Assembly: GCA_036172245.1 (NCBI GenBank)
Contig: JAYWIR010000016.1
Span: forward strand, 1,240,001-1,304,000
Length of the DNA: 64,000 bases
Direction of reading: 5' to 3'
Source: Raillietiella orientalis
Taxonomy: Eukaryota
Shown here: positions 23,996 to 36,690 of the stretch, in pieces
Layout of the letters: each line of letters begins with the position of its first letter
Numbering within the stretch: the first letter of the stretch is position 1
Translations under genes and position numbers: made by a program
The notes under the pieces: model-generated
The model's input: the letters and a program-made list of their open reading frames with translations, nothing else
The model's database searches: none
What the model was told of the DNA's origin: nothing

Positions 23996-26900
23996 AAGCC
24001 TTCTTCGACTCAAGTGGGGACACGCGCGCACACGACCCCTGGACTTCTCGTCGCCTAACCGCATCGACCTTCCCTCCCTCCCTTATCCCGCTCCGACTGG
24101 GCGATTTCTCTGGAGGCGAAACCCGCGATTCGCCACTTTGGATTCCCGGGTCGCGCACACGAACGCAGGGGCAGGGGCCGAAAGAGGAGCTAAGGGGATA
24201 CCTCAAGATCCGTCTCTCGTCCCTCGCTTCTCCTCCCCTTCCCTTGCGAAAAGCAGATGCTACTGGCGATTGATCGGAGGGCGGTGGGCGTGAGGCCGAG
24301 CTCACGAGAGACCCTCGGGTGCTCCAGGCGGAAGGAGTTGTGAACCCCAACGATGTCTTTCGGGTTCGATTCGGGGAAGCGACAGCGACAGGGAGAGAAC
24401 CGCACTGTCGCGACACTCCCGAACCAGAAGCTCAAGAACGGCGAATCGATCCCGGTGTACGGCCGCCTTCAGCAGACCCGCGAGTACGCCTGGAGGGAGC
24501 GTATTCAAAAGGCTCTGACGCAAAAGAGGCATGTTCCCTGATCCCCCGGACGTCTCCTGCTCTATTCTCGGAATGATGAATCGATAGATCGCTCAGTCGG
24601 GTTTCTAAGTCTTGCCTCCCAGAGGCGGAGTCAACGAGGCGCGCCGTCGGGAAGGACAGCTGACACTGCTCAAGGTTAGAGCCGCACGGATGCAGGGAAG
24701 GGGTGGGAAGAAATGGGCCTCGAGTCCTTCAGGGAGATAAGAGGCCAGAGATCGAACCTCTCAAGTTCAACTCTCCCCTTCATGGGGTCACAGACTCGTT
24801 CCTCGGTGCTCAGGACAGAGGTTGCACGCTGCTGAAGGATTCCTTCAGCACAAGATGCATACTGACACCAAGAGAGCGAGGTGCTGTACATAGGAGTGGA
24901 TAGCCATGCCATGCCACGTCAGTCAGCATGGAGCATCAAGGTCATCTTGGTGATCATGAAGAGAGCAAGCCAATCATTAATGAGAGTGCCAGTACGATCA
25001 TGTTGATTCTGATGAAGGTTTCAGTTGAGGTCACATTGACGAGGATGAAGGTCATAGTGATCAGTATGAAGAGAGGCAAGCTCCAGAAACTAGCGATCCG
25101 CAAAAACTGACTCCCACTACGATCCACGAAGATGAAATTCCTAGAGGTGTTGAAGCGGTCCCGTGGACCAAGTGCCAGATTATTTATCTTGCATTTTGTC
25201 CCAGGAAGCCCGCCAGAGACCTCAGGTCACATCTGAAAGCGGGTGAGTGGGAGAGCTTTCTCGGAAGGAAGAAACAGGCCTGGAGCGCATGCTCAGGTGG
25301 GATATAAGTCCGAATCGGGTCAGGAACGCACACCTGGGTCGCGGAAAGGTCAGGGTCGTATTTCTGGCTGCGCGCGCGGAAGCAGACCGCTGCTAGCGCG
25401 CGCGGGCATTCGTGGCTGGGAGGGAATGAGTGTAGGTTCGCTCGCAGGAGTGATCCTGACGTGCACTTCGAGACCACATGCTTACTCAGCTGCCCTGTGC
25501 GAACTGCGGCCGCGCGTTTCACCCGTGACGATGGCGCGCCTCGGGGAAGGCAGTCGTGAACCCTAGGAATATCTGCTCTCACCCCCGAGAGCAAACCTAC
25601 GGAAGGGAGAGGGAAGGCGAATGCAATGGTCGGTGAGCAGGAGAAGGAACGTTGACTTCCCCACAGCTGCCCGCAGGGCATTCCCTCTTCGTCCGCGACT
25701 TTTCCTCTGCTCCCCGCTCGGGAAAGTCGCGGACGAGCACAAGGTTTCTTCCGGAAACCCTGCGCTCAGAGAAGTTCCCGAATACGCAGATCATCCCTGA
25801 GGAGAGGATTCTTGACTCCTCTTTGGAGTTCCCTGATCGTGTGCGCCTGAAAGCTGAGATGTCGTCTGCTCGGCCGCTCCGAGCCAGACAGGAGTGTGCC
25901 GTCCTCTTCCCCTCATCGCACGTTCCAGTTTCCACGGGAATGGGACTTCAGCGTCTCCAGAGCATTTCACTCGCTGACCGATGTCGAAGAAGGGGGAACT
26001 GATTGCAGTTCTTTTTTGTGTGTGTGTGTTCTTCATTCCTGATGTGACAGGGGCGGGGGAACTGGGGATTTGGGAAGAAGAAAAAGGCCGTTTCGCACGT
26101 GCAGCTCTACGGGCGACATGGCGGCCATCGCCCAGGAAATAAATTGCAGTCGTCCTTCTTTCCCTCTGTCTCTCCGGGAAGACAACAGATATGTCGGGAG
26201 TTTTCACGCCTCAAACCGACGAAGAGAGCCCCGCTTAAGGGTGTTTTCTGCCTCAGCTCTGTAACGTTTAATCCCCTCCCCCACGGCTCCCTGCCAGAGA
26301 GAAAGCACGCTTCCTAGCGGGACGTGAAAAGGCGTTCCCCGCCCGTCGTTTGCTATCAGCATCCCTGCGTGAACGATCCTCGTCTCGGGAAGGGACGGAT
26401 GTGGGAACAGCTTCATCCCGAGCGCACGCGCAGACGCGTTTCTCCCCGCCACTGCGCATCTGTGCGCACGCATCCCGTCACCCTCAGCAACGGAGAAATT
26501 ACGGGACGGGAGACGCCATCCGCTACTCGAAGAGCGGGAGACGCGGCAAGCACGATACGGGTTTGGCATTCTTGGGCGCGCGCGCAGCAGCAGCAGCCTG
26601 CTACTCGAAGAGCGCTCCAGAGGGGAATACTTCGGTCCATCGATGCCTAGGGGGTTACCGTTCCCATTCCTCAAGGAGGCTGCACCGAAGAAGTCGGATT
26701 CCAGCAGGGATGGGAAAGAACTCCATGGCGGGTCTCGTTCCCGCCATCCACTCCCTTCAGGGACTTCTCCTGAGAGCCTCATGCTTAATGCGGAAGATGG
26801 CAGCAGAGTGCAAACGGGCAGGGAGTGACGGAGGTTCGTCGGGACGTTCGGTGACCAACAGCCGGTCGAATCGAGAACGTGAGGGACAGTAGCCAAAGGG

Positions 26901-28539
26901 TTCATGCGTCTGCATCTTCTCCCTGAATCCGCAAAGGATGCGCACCTCTCGCTGTTCCGCCCTTTCCTCTTCTGCGTTCGGACCAACACTCGCCACCCCT
27001 CCCAAGGGATGAGCCCTGGCGCTTCCAGACAGGCGTAACCACAGAAACGCGCGTCGTCGCACAGATCCCGTAAGAGACCTGAGACGGTGGGCAGGGGGAG
27101 GGGAGAGAGGGAGGTATGCTTCTTTCACGCGTCCCTGCGCACTGCAATATCGTAGCCGAGGAAGTCCTCTGAGGCACGATTACTCCTATTTGAAAACTTT
27201 ACCCAATACCCCTCCTAGCGTGAAATACCGCTGCGGGGGCAGGTTTTGTGTGCCATAAGGAGGCGTTGAGACCGGGCGCATGCTGGAACTGCCAGTCGTC
27301 CGGTGCGCCCATTGCCACCCTCAGGAGCAAATCTGCTCCCAGCCAGCTAGCAGCCTCATTCTCTGTGAAGCCAAAGGATGAGTATTCGCGGACGAGTCTT
27401 CCTCTTCTCGCCTTAAGATGGAGCAGAAGCTGAGGCTTGCGGTAAAGGAGGGCCCCAGCACGGTCTGCCTCCTCGGGGACCCATAATGCTCTCTCCGTCG
27501 TCTTGGCCCCTTTTGGTCCTTTGCTCAAGACTGTCACGTTGCGAGGGTCACAGAGGACGCTTGCCCTCCGCGCTTCTCTACCTTGTCTCTTTCTTCCCAC
27601 TCCCGGATGTGGTGGCTCCCCATCCTCCCGCGGAGAGAGTCACCAGCAACGGAGGACGCGTCCTGCCTCGGCCAATGCTGCCGTCCAGCACGCGCAGAGC
27701 AGGACGAGATCTCTAACGTCTCGCCGCCTCCATCTTGTTTGGCTCGAGCCCTCCTCGCGTCGGAGTTGCGTGACTCTGCTTCCCTGGAGGAAGTAGACGG
27801 GAAAAAAGCGCGTCACGCGCTACTGAGCGTGGAGCTTGGGGAAGAGGATTTTCCAAAACTGCACCGGAAATCCAAATCACCCATTGCAAATGAACATCTG
27901 GAGTGAGAGATCCTTTTCGGTCATTAAATCCCAAACGTGTTCCTGTTCTATGAGCCGTGGTACCATGGCAGCGTTTCTTGCACATCGCCTTGATGACTCC
28001 TGTTGATTTTTGGTGACAGAGTTGTCTGCTGATCCCAGACAGCATTTTGGTTTCCCTTCCGCGCTCGAAGAATGGATTCCAAGAACTATTTTGCCCCTCT
28101 ATTGATGTCATGGCATCCCTCCTCCTTAGCCGCTTGAACGTCAAGACACAGACCGGCTCTATAGATTGAGGGTGGCAACCGAAATCGAGTGACGAACTAA
28201 AAGAAACGAGAAAATCCTGGTTCATCCTCCTCCGACCACATCCTCGGCTTGCAGATCTATCCCTTGTCCTCATCTAGTTCTCCCTCAAGGGTGCCGCTCT
28301 GCATTCCCACCTTTCAAGAGGACCTTCAGATTCATGTCCTTGAGTTCCACAGTCCTATCCGTTCCCAATGGACAAACAGCTTCCGTGTCTCCCTGCCAGG
28401 CCTCGATGACCAGCCACCAAGCGTCTTTGCGTTTCCCACGCGAGAGACTTCCGACATACTCTTTTTGTGTGCCGCAGGGTACGACAGGATTGCCTCGCCG
28501 TCATCCCTGCTCCTACCCTTGCGTATCCAATGGTGACGG

Positions 28540-28575
28540 GAATAGAACAAACGGAATAGAATAGGATAGAATAGA
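28540..28575 (+). repeat. Degenerate (GAATA)n microsatellite
   Basis: gaatagaacaaacggaatagaataggatagaatag. Confidence 0.6.
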
Positions 28576-29819
28576 GAAGATATCTCTCCTCATCCTTCAA
28601 TTCTACTCTGTTTCGGTCTGTTCTTTCTGGTGCGTTCCTAAAGGAACGCATTTCAGAGTGGTCCACGTGGTAGTTGAAACGGAAGGAGCCTCTACAAGAG
28701 CTACCTCATGCTCATCCCCACCATCCTCATCCTGATCTTCCATGTTGGCTGCACACATTTGCATCACCACGATCACCCCCTTGTCAACTGGAACCTCGAG
28801 CTGGAGCACGAAATTCGCACGGTGGTTCAGTCCTCTTAGGGGGTGTAAGGGCTGAGGGAAAGTTTCTCCGGACTCCAGGCAGTGCAAAGTTGCCTGGAGT
28901 CGGTTTCCCGTTGATCTCTTCCCTGTCCTTGGTCGCTTCTCTCCGAAGTGCTCGAAGTCTTCCGAAGGACTCTACGACAGATAGAGCTCCGAGAGGGAAA
29001 GAAGGGAAGTGGCGCGGCCACCGATGATGCGCAAGAGACGGGGCAATGTGAGCTGAGCTTTTCACTCGTCTCTCCTGGTCACTCAACAAACCCTGCTCGA
29101 AACGTGACGCTTTCTCCAGCCACTATCGGGCACGCTCCCCTTGTGGAGATCTCCGCTTCGTTATCGCCGTTCCTGAGGAATTCAGAGCACCTGGAGGACA
29201 CCATTCCCCGCCCTTTTCCCGTGTCCCTCGTCGCTCCCCCAGCCGCTACTTATAGATGCCGATTATCGTTCGCCGCCCTGCCGCCTTGCCCGCCACCACC
29301 GCTGCTACCGCCGTTCCGCACCCGTCCCAGAACGAAATCCCTCCCTCCCCTCTCTTTTCCCCTTGTCTTGCCCAGTGGTCGTGCACACAGGAACAACCCT
29401 TCCACCTCTCCCCACACTTAGCGCAATAACCTGAAGACGTACCGCCCCTGGACCGGCAGAGCTTTGATCCCCCCATCTTAACTACGTGCTGGCGGGTCAA
29501 ACCTCTCCGATCTCAACTCCCTTCGCACCTGACCTCGGGAATTCCTCTGAGGGGAATTCATCCCATGCTGTTTCCGTTTGTAGGGATGCGGCACTGCGTT
29601 CTTTTCCTCCGTGGACACTACCAGACGTGTAGAACATGCCTTCCTGTTTCCTCCTCCTTTTCCCCTCTCTAGACAGGATGGAGTCGCTGCAAGCAGCCGA
29701 TGGCAGCACACATCGCGCGTGCATTGCGGTGAAACTGAAGCCCCCGGAAGGCGCTCTTTCTTTCTTCTGAAAAAAGCTAGGGGAAAACCCTGTAGGGGCC
29801 ACCTTATGAAACCAAAAAG

Positions 29820-30224
29820 GCTGCAGAGGAAGAAGCCCGTCCCTCTTATGTCCTCTTATGTTTGGGAGGCAACCCCGAAGGGATCCCTCGCCTTGGTTGT
29901 CTTCGAAGGGAAGGGAACCTCTTCCTTATTCTCTCCAGAGAGGGTTCCCGGGGGGGACCACTCCTCATTTCTTCCAACGGGACGCGCCCCAAAGGGAGCA
30001 GTGCACTTCTTGATACTCTCATCGGGGTCTCAACGGGGTCATCTGGTTTCCGGCTACCTTCACCGGTGCTGCACCCGAAGCCCACAGGCCAGCCAGCGTC
30101 ATCCTACGAGAGGAACTCGAAACCCACAACGCGTACCCATTTCTCGGCATCGATTCTTTTTTGGGTGGGATTCGAACCCCTGAGGCCAGGTGCCATGACC
30201 ACAGCCACTCGTCTGCCAACGCGG
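29820..30224 (-). mobile_element. SINE-like family copy 5 (best-preserved Pol III head, internally deleted), inside the Kir intron
   Basis: Minus strand: CCGCGT, then TGGCAGACGAGTGG (A-box-like, 30205-30218) and GGTTCGAATCC (consensus B box, 30168-30178). The body matches 14400-15011. Confidence 0.8.
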
Positions 30225-33200
30225 AAAGAGCTCTTCGGAGCAGTCGAGACCGGATAGGGAGGGAGAGTCAGGCGTCGGAGGAAGGAATTGCCTGGTCGGG
30301 AGGATGGTAAAGAGGAGGCAGGTCTGCTTGCCGAGAAAGAGACGTCCCCTGGGCATCTCTCAGCTCGGCAAGCAGATCGAAAGGAGGTCTCGCACCGGAG
30401 GGCGGGACCCCACTTTCCCACCTTCGAAATCGACCGGCCCGTGGCAGCTGCTGCCAGCATCCCGAGGACGAGGCATAATCCGGACTAGAGCGCTGGTCGC
30501 CTCACGGAAGAGGTAAAACTCTGCATAGGAATGCGCGCTTCACGTTCCACGTCATCATCAACGAGGTCGGAGGCGGCTCCCGCCTCTCCGTGCGCGGCTG
30601 TAGTCCATCTGTACCGCGTGCGTTTCCGCTGCTCGTCCCCACGACGACTTGGCACCGAAGCGCATGCTCGCTCTGCATATTCATCACACAAGTGGGAACT
30701 TTTAACCGCGCTCAGTGGCGTCGCTGCCAAGAAAACTCCACGCGTGTCTATGCAAAGTGGACGAGGGAGAAACCCCAGCTCCCCTTCCCTCCTGCTCTGC
30801 TCCATTCCATCCTATTCCCGTTTGATCCCTTCTCTTCTGCTCCCTTTGGACCCTGCTTTATTCTATTTCCTTCCCTTCTAGTCACGTTCTAGTCTCTTCT
30901 GAGAAGCTCCCTCTACAAAAAAACATCCTTAGGATCGATATGCCGGGCTTTATACTGAGGTCTGTAGACAGAGAAGGGAGGAGCCATCCGAGGCACTTTC
31001 GTTCCCCATCGCGGTAGGCGCGCGCGGATCGGGGTCTGCGGGGGTCTCAACGCAGAGCATAGAGGGCCGTCCTCGCGGTGCCCTTGCAACTGAGGTGTCC
31101 GCCCTCGCCGCCTCGTCGAAACCGGGCTTCGATGTGGCGAAGATCCCGGGAGGATTGGACTCTCAGCTTCCTTATGACGCTGCTCAGCCACTTCTTCCGA
31201 AAGGAGCGGCAACTCGAGAGCGCGTGCTCTCACCGCGGAGCACCCGCGGAAGACGTTGCCTTCCCTTTCAAGACACTCCCGGGGGAAGCAGCCGGGAAGG
31301 TGAAGAAACGTTCGGAGACCCGAAAGAAGCGCCGGAGGCATCGTTCCTCCTCCTCCCTTCTTCGCCCCTTTCTCTTCTTCCCCTTCTCCTCTTCTCGTAT
31401 TCCTTCTCCCTTCCCCCTCCTTCCCTCCCCGCTATTCCACGCGACGCGCGTGATGCGAGCTCGGCGCTCATCGCTGGTGGAGACTCCCGCCGGCGGCGCC
31501 TCTCCATGCGCGGGTGCTGCTGCAGACGCCTCGCTGGCCCATCAGTCTTCGGCAACGCGGCCGAAACGCTGATCTGCGCAGATCGAGTGGTCCACTTCTG
31601 GATTTAGCAAGGCGTGCGTCTCGGAGAGGGTAGGTGAGCTCGAGGAAGAGGAGAAGCGGAGGAAGCGACGTCGGCGAAGCTTCCTGTGAGGTAACCGTGA
31701 CAACCCGTCCCCCCAACCGTTTCTTGTGTTTTCTCCTCCTTTGACGGAAAGCATGGGTTTCCGGTTCGACTTCTTCCGCTGATCCCTCCCTGGGACGGGG
31801 TGGGCGATCAAGAGCAGCTCCCCACTTCTCCCCAACCTTCTTCCTTCCCTCTCCTACCCGCTTCCACCTCTCCCTCGGCGCGCGGGGAAGGGTCTCGTCG
31901 CGTCTCTGTGGGCACGGTCGGATATCCCTGTAGTATCGGCAGCCCATGAGGGCCCGTTCTCCGGTGAGTGGACCCGTGTGGGAGTCGCTCCTGCGTCTCT
32001 GGGGCGCTGGCGGGTTTGGAGAAGGAGCTCCTTCTTCTGTCTCCTGTCTCCCAGCGCCCTGACCTTTCCAAGTCGCAAGCGCACGCATCCCTGCGAACCC
32101 CAGAGAGCGAAGAACAGGGAAGAAGAAAGGGAAGAGAAGGGGTGGTTCATTCACCTCCAAGAGGGAGCGCGTGGGAGTAGCCGGCGTGTTCCTACGGGCT
32201 GAGGTGGCGCTGGCGCAGACCCCTTCCCCCCTGTCTTCCCCGCGTTCCTCCCGGGGAGAGGGCGGGAGTTGAGCAGGCGAAGGGATGACTCGCGTCCATC
32301 ACGAAAGAAAGAAAGCTGCGTAGGATTAACCCGCGGATCACGCGTCCATCTTCCCGAGGAGTTCCAGATTTTTCTTTTTTTTTCTTTTCTGCCATCCCTG
32401 AGACGGGAGGGAGGAAAGCGGGAAGGATGGAAGGAGGGGAAGGAATGTCCCCTACCCCTTCACACGGGCGGTTGAGCGTTCCTTTTCGGGACGCTCCGGA
32501 CCGAGGATGCCAACGCCGCAAACCCGCAGCGACATCCAGCGACCCTCCCCCTTCCTCCTGGGGAAAGAATCCCTCAGGGTGAGAAGGGACGCTTCCCCTT
32601 TCTTCCTCTCATCCTTTCCCGAAGTGCACCCCTCATCCTCTCTACCCCAGCTCTCGCGCCTTTCCTTTTCTCGTTCCCCCCTGTCTCCCCTCCCCATTCC
32701 ACCTCAGGGATCTCCGGGTGCTCCTGGATGTTCCGTCGTTTGCTGCGTGCCTCCCTCCTCCTTCCTTTTTCTCCCCTCCCCTTCCGTGACGGCGCCAGGA
32801 GCCGTCTACGAGAGGAGCGTCCCGGAAGGATCTCTTCCTGGCGCCTCCTCCGTCTCACCGGCTTATCAAGAGACGCCTCCAAGAAGCCGCCGAATCGCCT
32901 TCCTCCCCCCCCCTCCTACTCCTTCATTAGGGAACCAGAAGGGAGGAGCAACTCCAGGAAAAAGTGCTCTTCCGGAGGAGACTGGGAGGATCCGCTGGGG
33001 ATCCAGGACTTCTCATTAGCTCCCATTCCCCCCTCTTTCCTCCCATCTTTCCCGCCCGTGACCGCGGAAGCGATGGAGACGGCGGGACTACAAGTAAAGC
33101 GGAAAGGAAGGGGAAGAGGGGCACGGTCCGGGAGGTGGGGTGACGAAAAGGGAGATACAGAGACGATAGAAGAAGCGTAAGCGAAAGGAGAGGGGCGGCC

Positions 33201-35544
33201 AGGGACCCCATGCTTCCCTTCTCTTCTCCTATTCGCCTCCTACGACAGTCCGGTGTCTGCCCTCTCCGGCCGCCGCAATCATCCTCCCGGAAGATTCCCT
33301 CTGGAGATCATCCCCAGTTGCATCTGACGCTCGCGACCGCGCGCGCGGCGTGGAGTCCCGTTCGGCCCCACGAGCAGGGAGGCTCCGGTGCCGGCGCAAG
33401 TGCGAGATGGGAGAGGAATGGGGGTCGCCGGAGGGCGGCTTGGAGAGGAGCAGATGCGCAGCCACCATGGTAGCCTCCTCGAAGCAGAAGCCGCCTCCGC
33501 CTTTCCGCCGCCTGCGTGCGTGCGTCCCATACGGAGCGTCGCTCGAAGCGAGCGAGCGAATCCGCTGCAACCACGGAAAGGGGGAAGGGGAAGCGGGGTG
33601 CTGTGGGATCGGACGAGACGCCGACAGATGAAGATCCGAGAAGATTAAGGTTGGGGCTGAGGTCTCCAGTCGGGAGGAGCAGTGAGAACCCCAGGAACGC
33701 TGTGGTATATGCCGCCCGAGGGACAGAGCGAGTGACGTCACGTTTTCTCCCGCAGATCTCCCTCACGTCTGAGCCGCCGCGGACTGACGACTGACCTCTT
33801 CATCGCCTAACCGGCTCCTCCCCTGAGAGCACCCTTCCGTCTCCTCGCAGAAGCGTCCCCCCCCCCCCCCAAGTTCCCTGCTGCCCGACCTTTCTCGAGT
33901 GCCCCTACCCCCACGGGAGGGAAAGTGACGGTGGCACCTCACTCGCCCCTGGAGCCGACCGGTCACGTGCTTCTTCCCTCCTGGACCGGGCCACCCGCGT
34001 CGGCAGGAGACCAAGACTCTCCAGAGCTCATTTCCCACCACGGCAACCATTCATGCCGTCCTACAGGATCCCTAGGTTAAGGGAAGGCGATGGAACGCCA
34101 GGATGGAACGCGGTAGTTCGATACCGAGGGAGGAGCCTCGCCATCTTGCGCGAGCCCTCCGAGTCATTCCGAATGGAGCGGCACTAGCCTGGAGTCCCCC
34201 TCGGCCATCACAGGGGATGACGATGCGGAGTGAAAACAAGGTAGAGGGAGGCCTCGAGCGAGGCTCCCACTGAGCGTTTCCCCCTCAGTGGGGATAGCCT
34301 CCGGACTTTTCCACTCTGTCCCAGTTCGTGAGATTCGGAGGGAGGGAGGAAGCATCCCTACGGCACTCGAGGCGTGCTGTAGGGATGCTGGGCTCCATCG
34401 GGGAAGGGGAAGGGTGACTTGGAGATGCTTGGAAACCTCATTCCGGCTTGTGAGGCCGTCCGTAGCAACCCGATGACAACCGACCGATCGGTAGATTCTG
34501 CAGGATGCAGAGACAGGCGGATACACTGCCGAATCTCGAGATTAGGTGCCGATGTTGGGGACTTGGTCCAGGATATCTTCCACTGCTTCTTCCGCGTTGG
34601 AACCGAAAGGCACTTTCCTGAGCTTTTTCTCCATCCACCGCCCTTACTCCCCTTATCTTCCCCTCTTGTGATCCCTCTTGCGTTCGCTGCTGCTCTGCTG
34701 CTTGCGGACACCCTGCAGTCATCTCGCTCTCCCTCTGATGAGGGTGGCGAGCAAAAAAAAAAAAAAAAAAAATAGAAGGCCGGTTCCTGTGAGTCCGAAT
34801 TCTCGATCCCCTTTCCCCCACCTTCCTCCCTCTCCACTACCAAAGGGCATCCGCAGCTGTTACATCCTCAGTTCGGGACTGCCATCCAGGAATTCCCTTC
34901 CCTTTCACCTCACCCTGTCTTCTGCTTCTTCTTTCATGAGCAAACGGCGAGCTGCTGCATCGCAACCTCCCAGCTCCTGCGCTGCCGCTCCGGCAGCTCC
35001 GCAAGCGGGAGGACGCGGAAGCGCGAATCGTGCAGTCCGATCGATGCTCTGAGAAGCGCGTCCCTCCCGTTCTCGGAAGAGAGGAAGAGGAGGAGAGGGA
35101 GGGAGGGGCTTGATACCGCGAGCCTCGGCGACTCTCGCGGGTTTCTGACGGGCGCGCTGCGCCCAACCCTTCCCTTCTCCCGGGCTTGGTCGCCCGCGCA
35201 CGTATCAGGGAGTGGCCTTGGAGAATGCGCTCCCCCCAAGGCCAATCTTCCCGCCCTCCCGAGAAAGAGGGGGGGAATCGAGCAGAGAATGAGAATAGAG
35301 GCGTCCCTTGAAATCGACATCCTGTGGCATCGCTACCTCAGGGGGTCAGCATCTCCCTTTTTCCCCCGAGGTGGAGTCTTCCTCGCTTTCCCATCTCGGG
35401 AAGGTCACTCGGTCATGGAGGAGAGACGTGCCTGCGCACGAGGGTGGAAACCGAGGCGGAGGAGGTGGAGGGGAGATTGTCCTGCACCCTGCACCCCATT
35501 GTCGCAAGCTCTAGAGCTCTACCTCTCCTTCCTTTTACCTTCCA

Positions 35545-35645
35545 TAAGGACCGAACCTCTCTCTCTCTATGACCCAGGAAGACCCCCCCCCCATCGCAGC
35601 CACGTGCACCCCGTGGATCCGATCCCTCTGAGGGGAAAAGACAGG
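35545..35645 (+). repeat. ~100-bp direct repeat, copy A (copy B at 36582-36690)
   Basis: taagga..aacctct..ctctctatga.cc.ggaaga..ccc..tcgca.ccacgtgca.cc.g...atccctctgagggga is present in both copies. Confidence 0.75.
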
Positions 35646-36581
35646 AGGGGGGGGGGGAACGCGGAGGAATGCCGCAAAACGAAGTCCAAGTAGACTCCTC
35701 CTCCTCCTCCTCTTCCAAGTTTCGCTGCCATCAGCTGCTGCAGCAGGGCGGGAAAAGCCATGGGGAAGAGGAACTCGTGGGGGGAAACTCGCTGATCCCG
35801 AAGAGGAATCGATTTTCGATTCGGTGCATCCTGGAATTTGGAGCGCGCGGAGAGGGGCCGTGGGCAAGCCTCAGGCAAGTGGTGCGGCGGAGCATGGGCG
35901 GGCACACCGTCAAAGAAAGGTCATCCTCTCCCCACTTTCCCGGTGGCAGCCGCCGGTCTTCCCGCTGCGTCCCGCCCATCCCTCTGCTCCTCCGGGATCG
36001 TGCTCCCGCATGTCCGCTCTGGACGACGACGACCACAACGATGACGAGTGGGCAGACCCCGGCGGGGCAGCTCCGTCCACCAGGAGTCGCAGGTTCGACC
36101 GTTTGCGAGCCTCGCGAAAACCGAGGTCATCCGCGGGATTCTCTCCAGTCCCCAGAGGGGGAGCCAGCCCGGGAGCCGCGCCAGGGGGGGGGGTACGCTT
36201 GGACGGCGCACCACCCCGTCCACGCGTGCCCCACGGCTCTCTGCGGACGGCTGCGGGACGGAAGGTAACGGCACGAGAACGAGAGAGGAAAAAACCGCCC
36301 GTCTGCGGAAACCATGACAACGGTACCGTGGCTGGAACTCGCACCGCCGCCGCCGACCGCAAAGCTGCCCTTTGCCCCCTCCTCTTTCCGCCCTCCGCCT
36401 TGCTCCGTCTCGACTGATCCCTGCCTGCCGGCGTAATCCCGGCTCGCATCCTTGGAGCGCGCTCCATGCTGAGAACTCCCGAGGAGCAGGAAGAGAAGGA
36501 GGAGGGGTCATCCGGCACTCTGCAGCCATCGGCGTACGCGCGTAAGAGCCCCCCTCTCTTCCTCTTCCCTTTTTCCTTTTC

Positions 36582-36690
36582 TAAGGATCTAACCTCTTTC
36601 CCTATCCCTCTCTATGATCCCGGAAGAATCCCCTCCCTCGCAACCACGTGCATCCTGCAAATGCAATCCCTCTGAGGGGAGGAAGAGAGA
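36582..36690 (+). repeat. ~100-bp direct repeat, copy B
   Basis: Homologous to 35545-35645. Confidence 0.75.

Noticed and set aside
30160..30224. tRNA gene suggested by GGTTCGAATCC
   Set aside because: No cloverleaf or acceptor stem; it is the head of the dispersed SINE-like repeat.
33461..33631. Perfect Kozak GCCACCATGG opening a 54-codon ORF in the Kir intron
   Set aside because: No clear phase-2 donor to join Kir, the peptide is unrecognisable, and a single 10-mer can occur by chance in GC-rich DNA.
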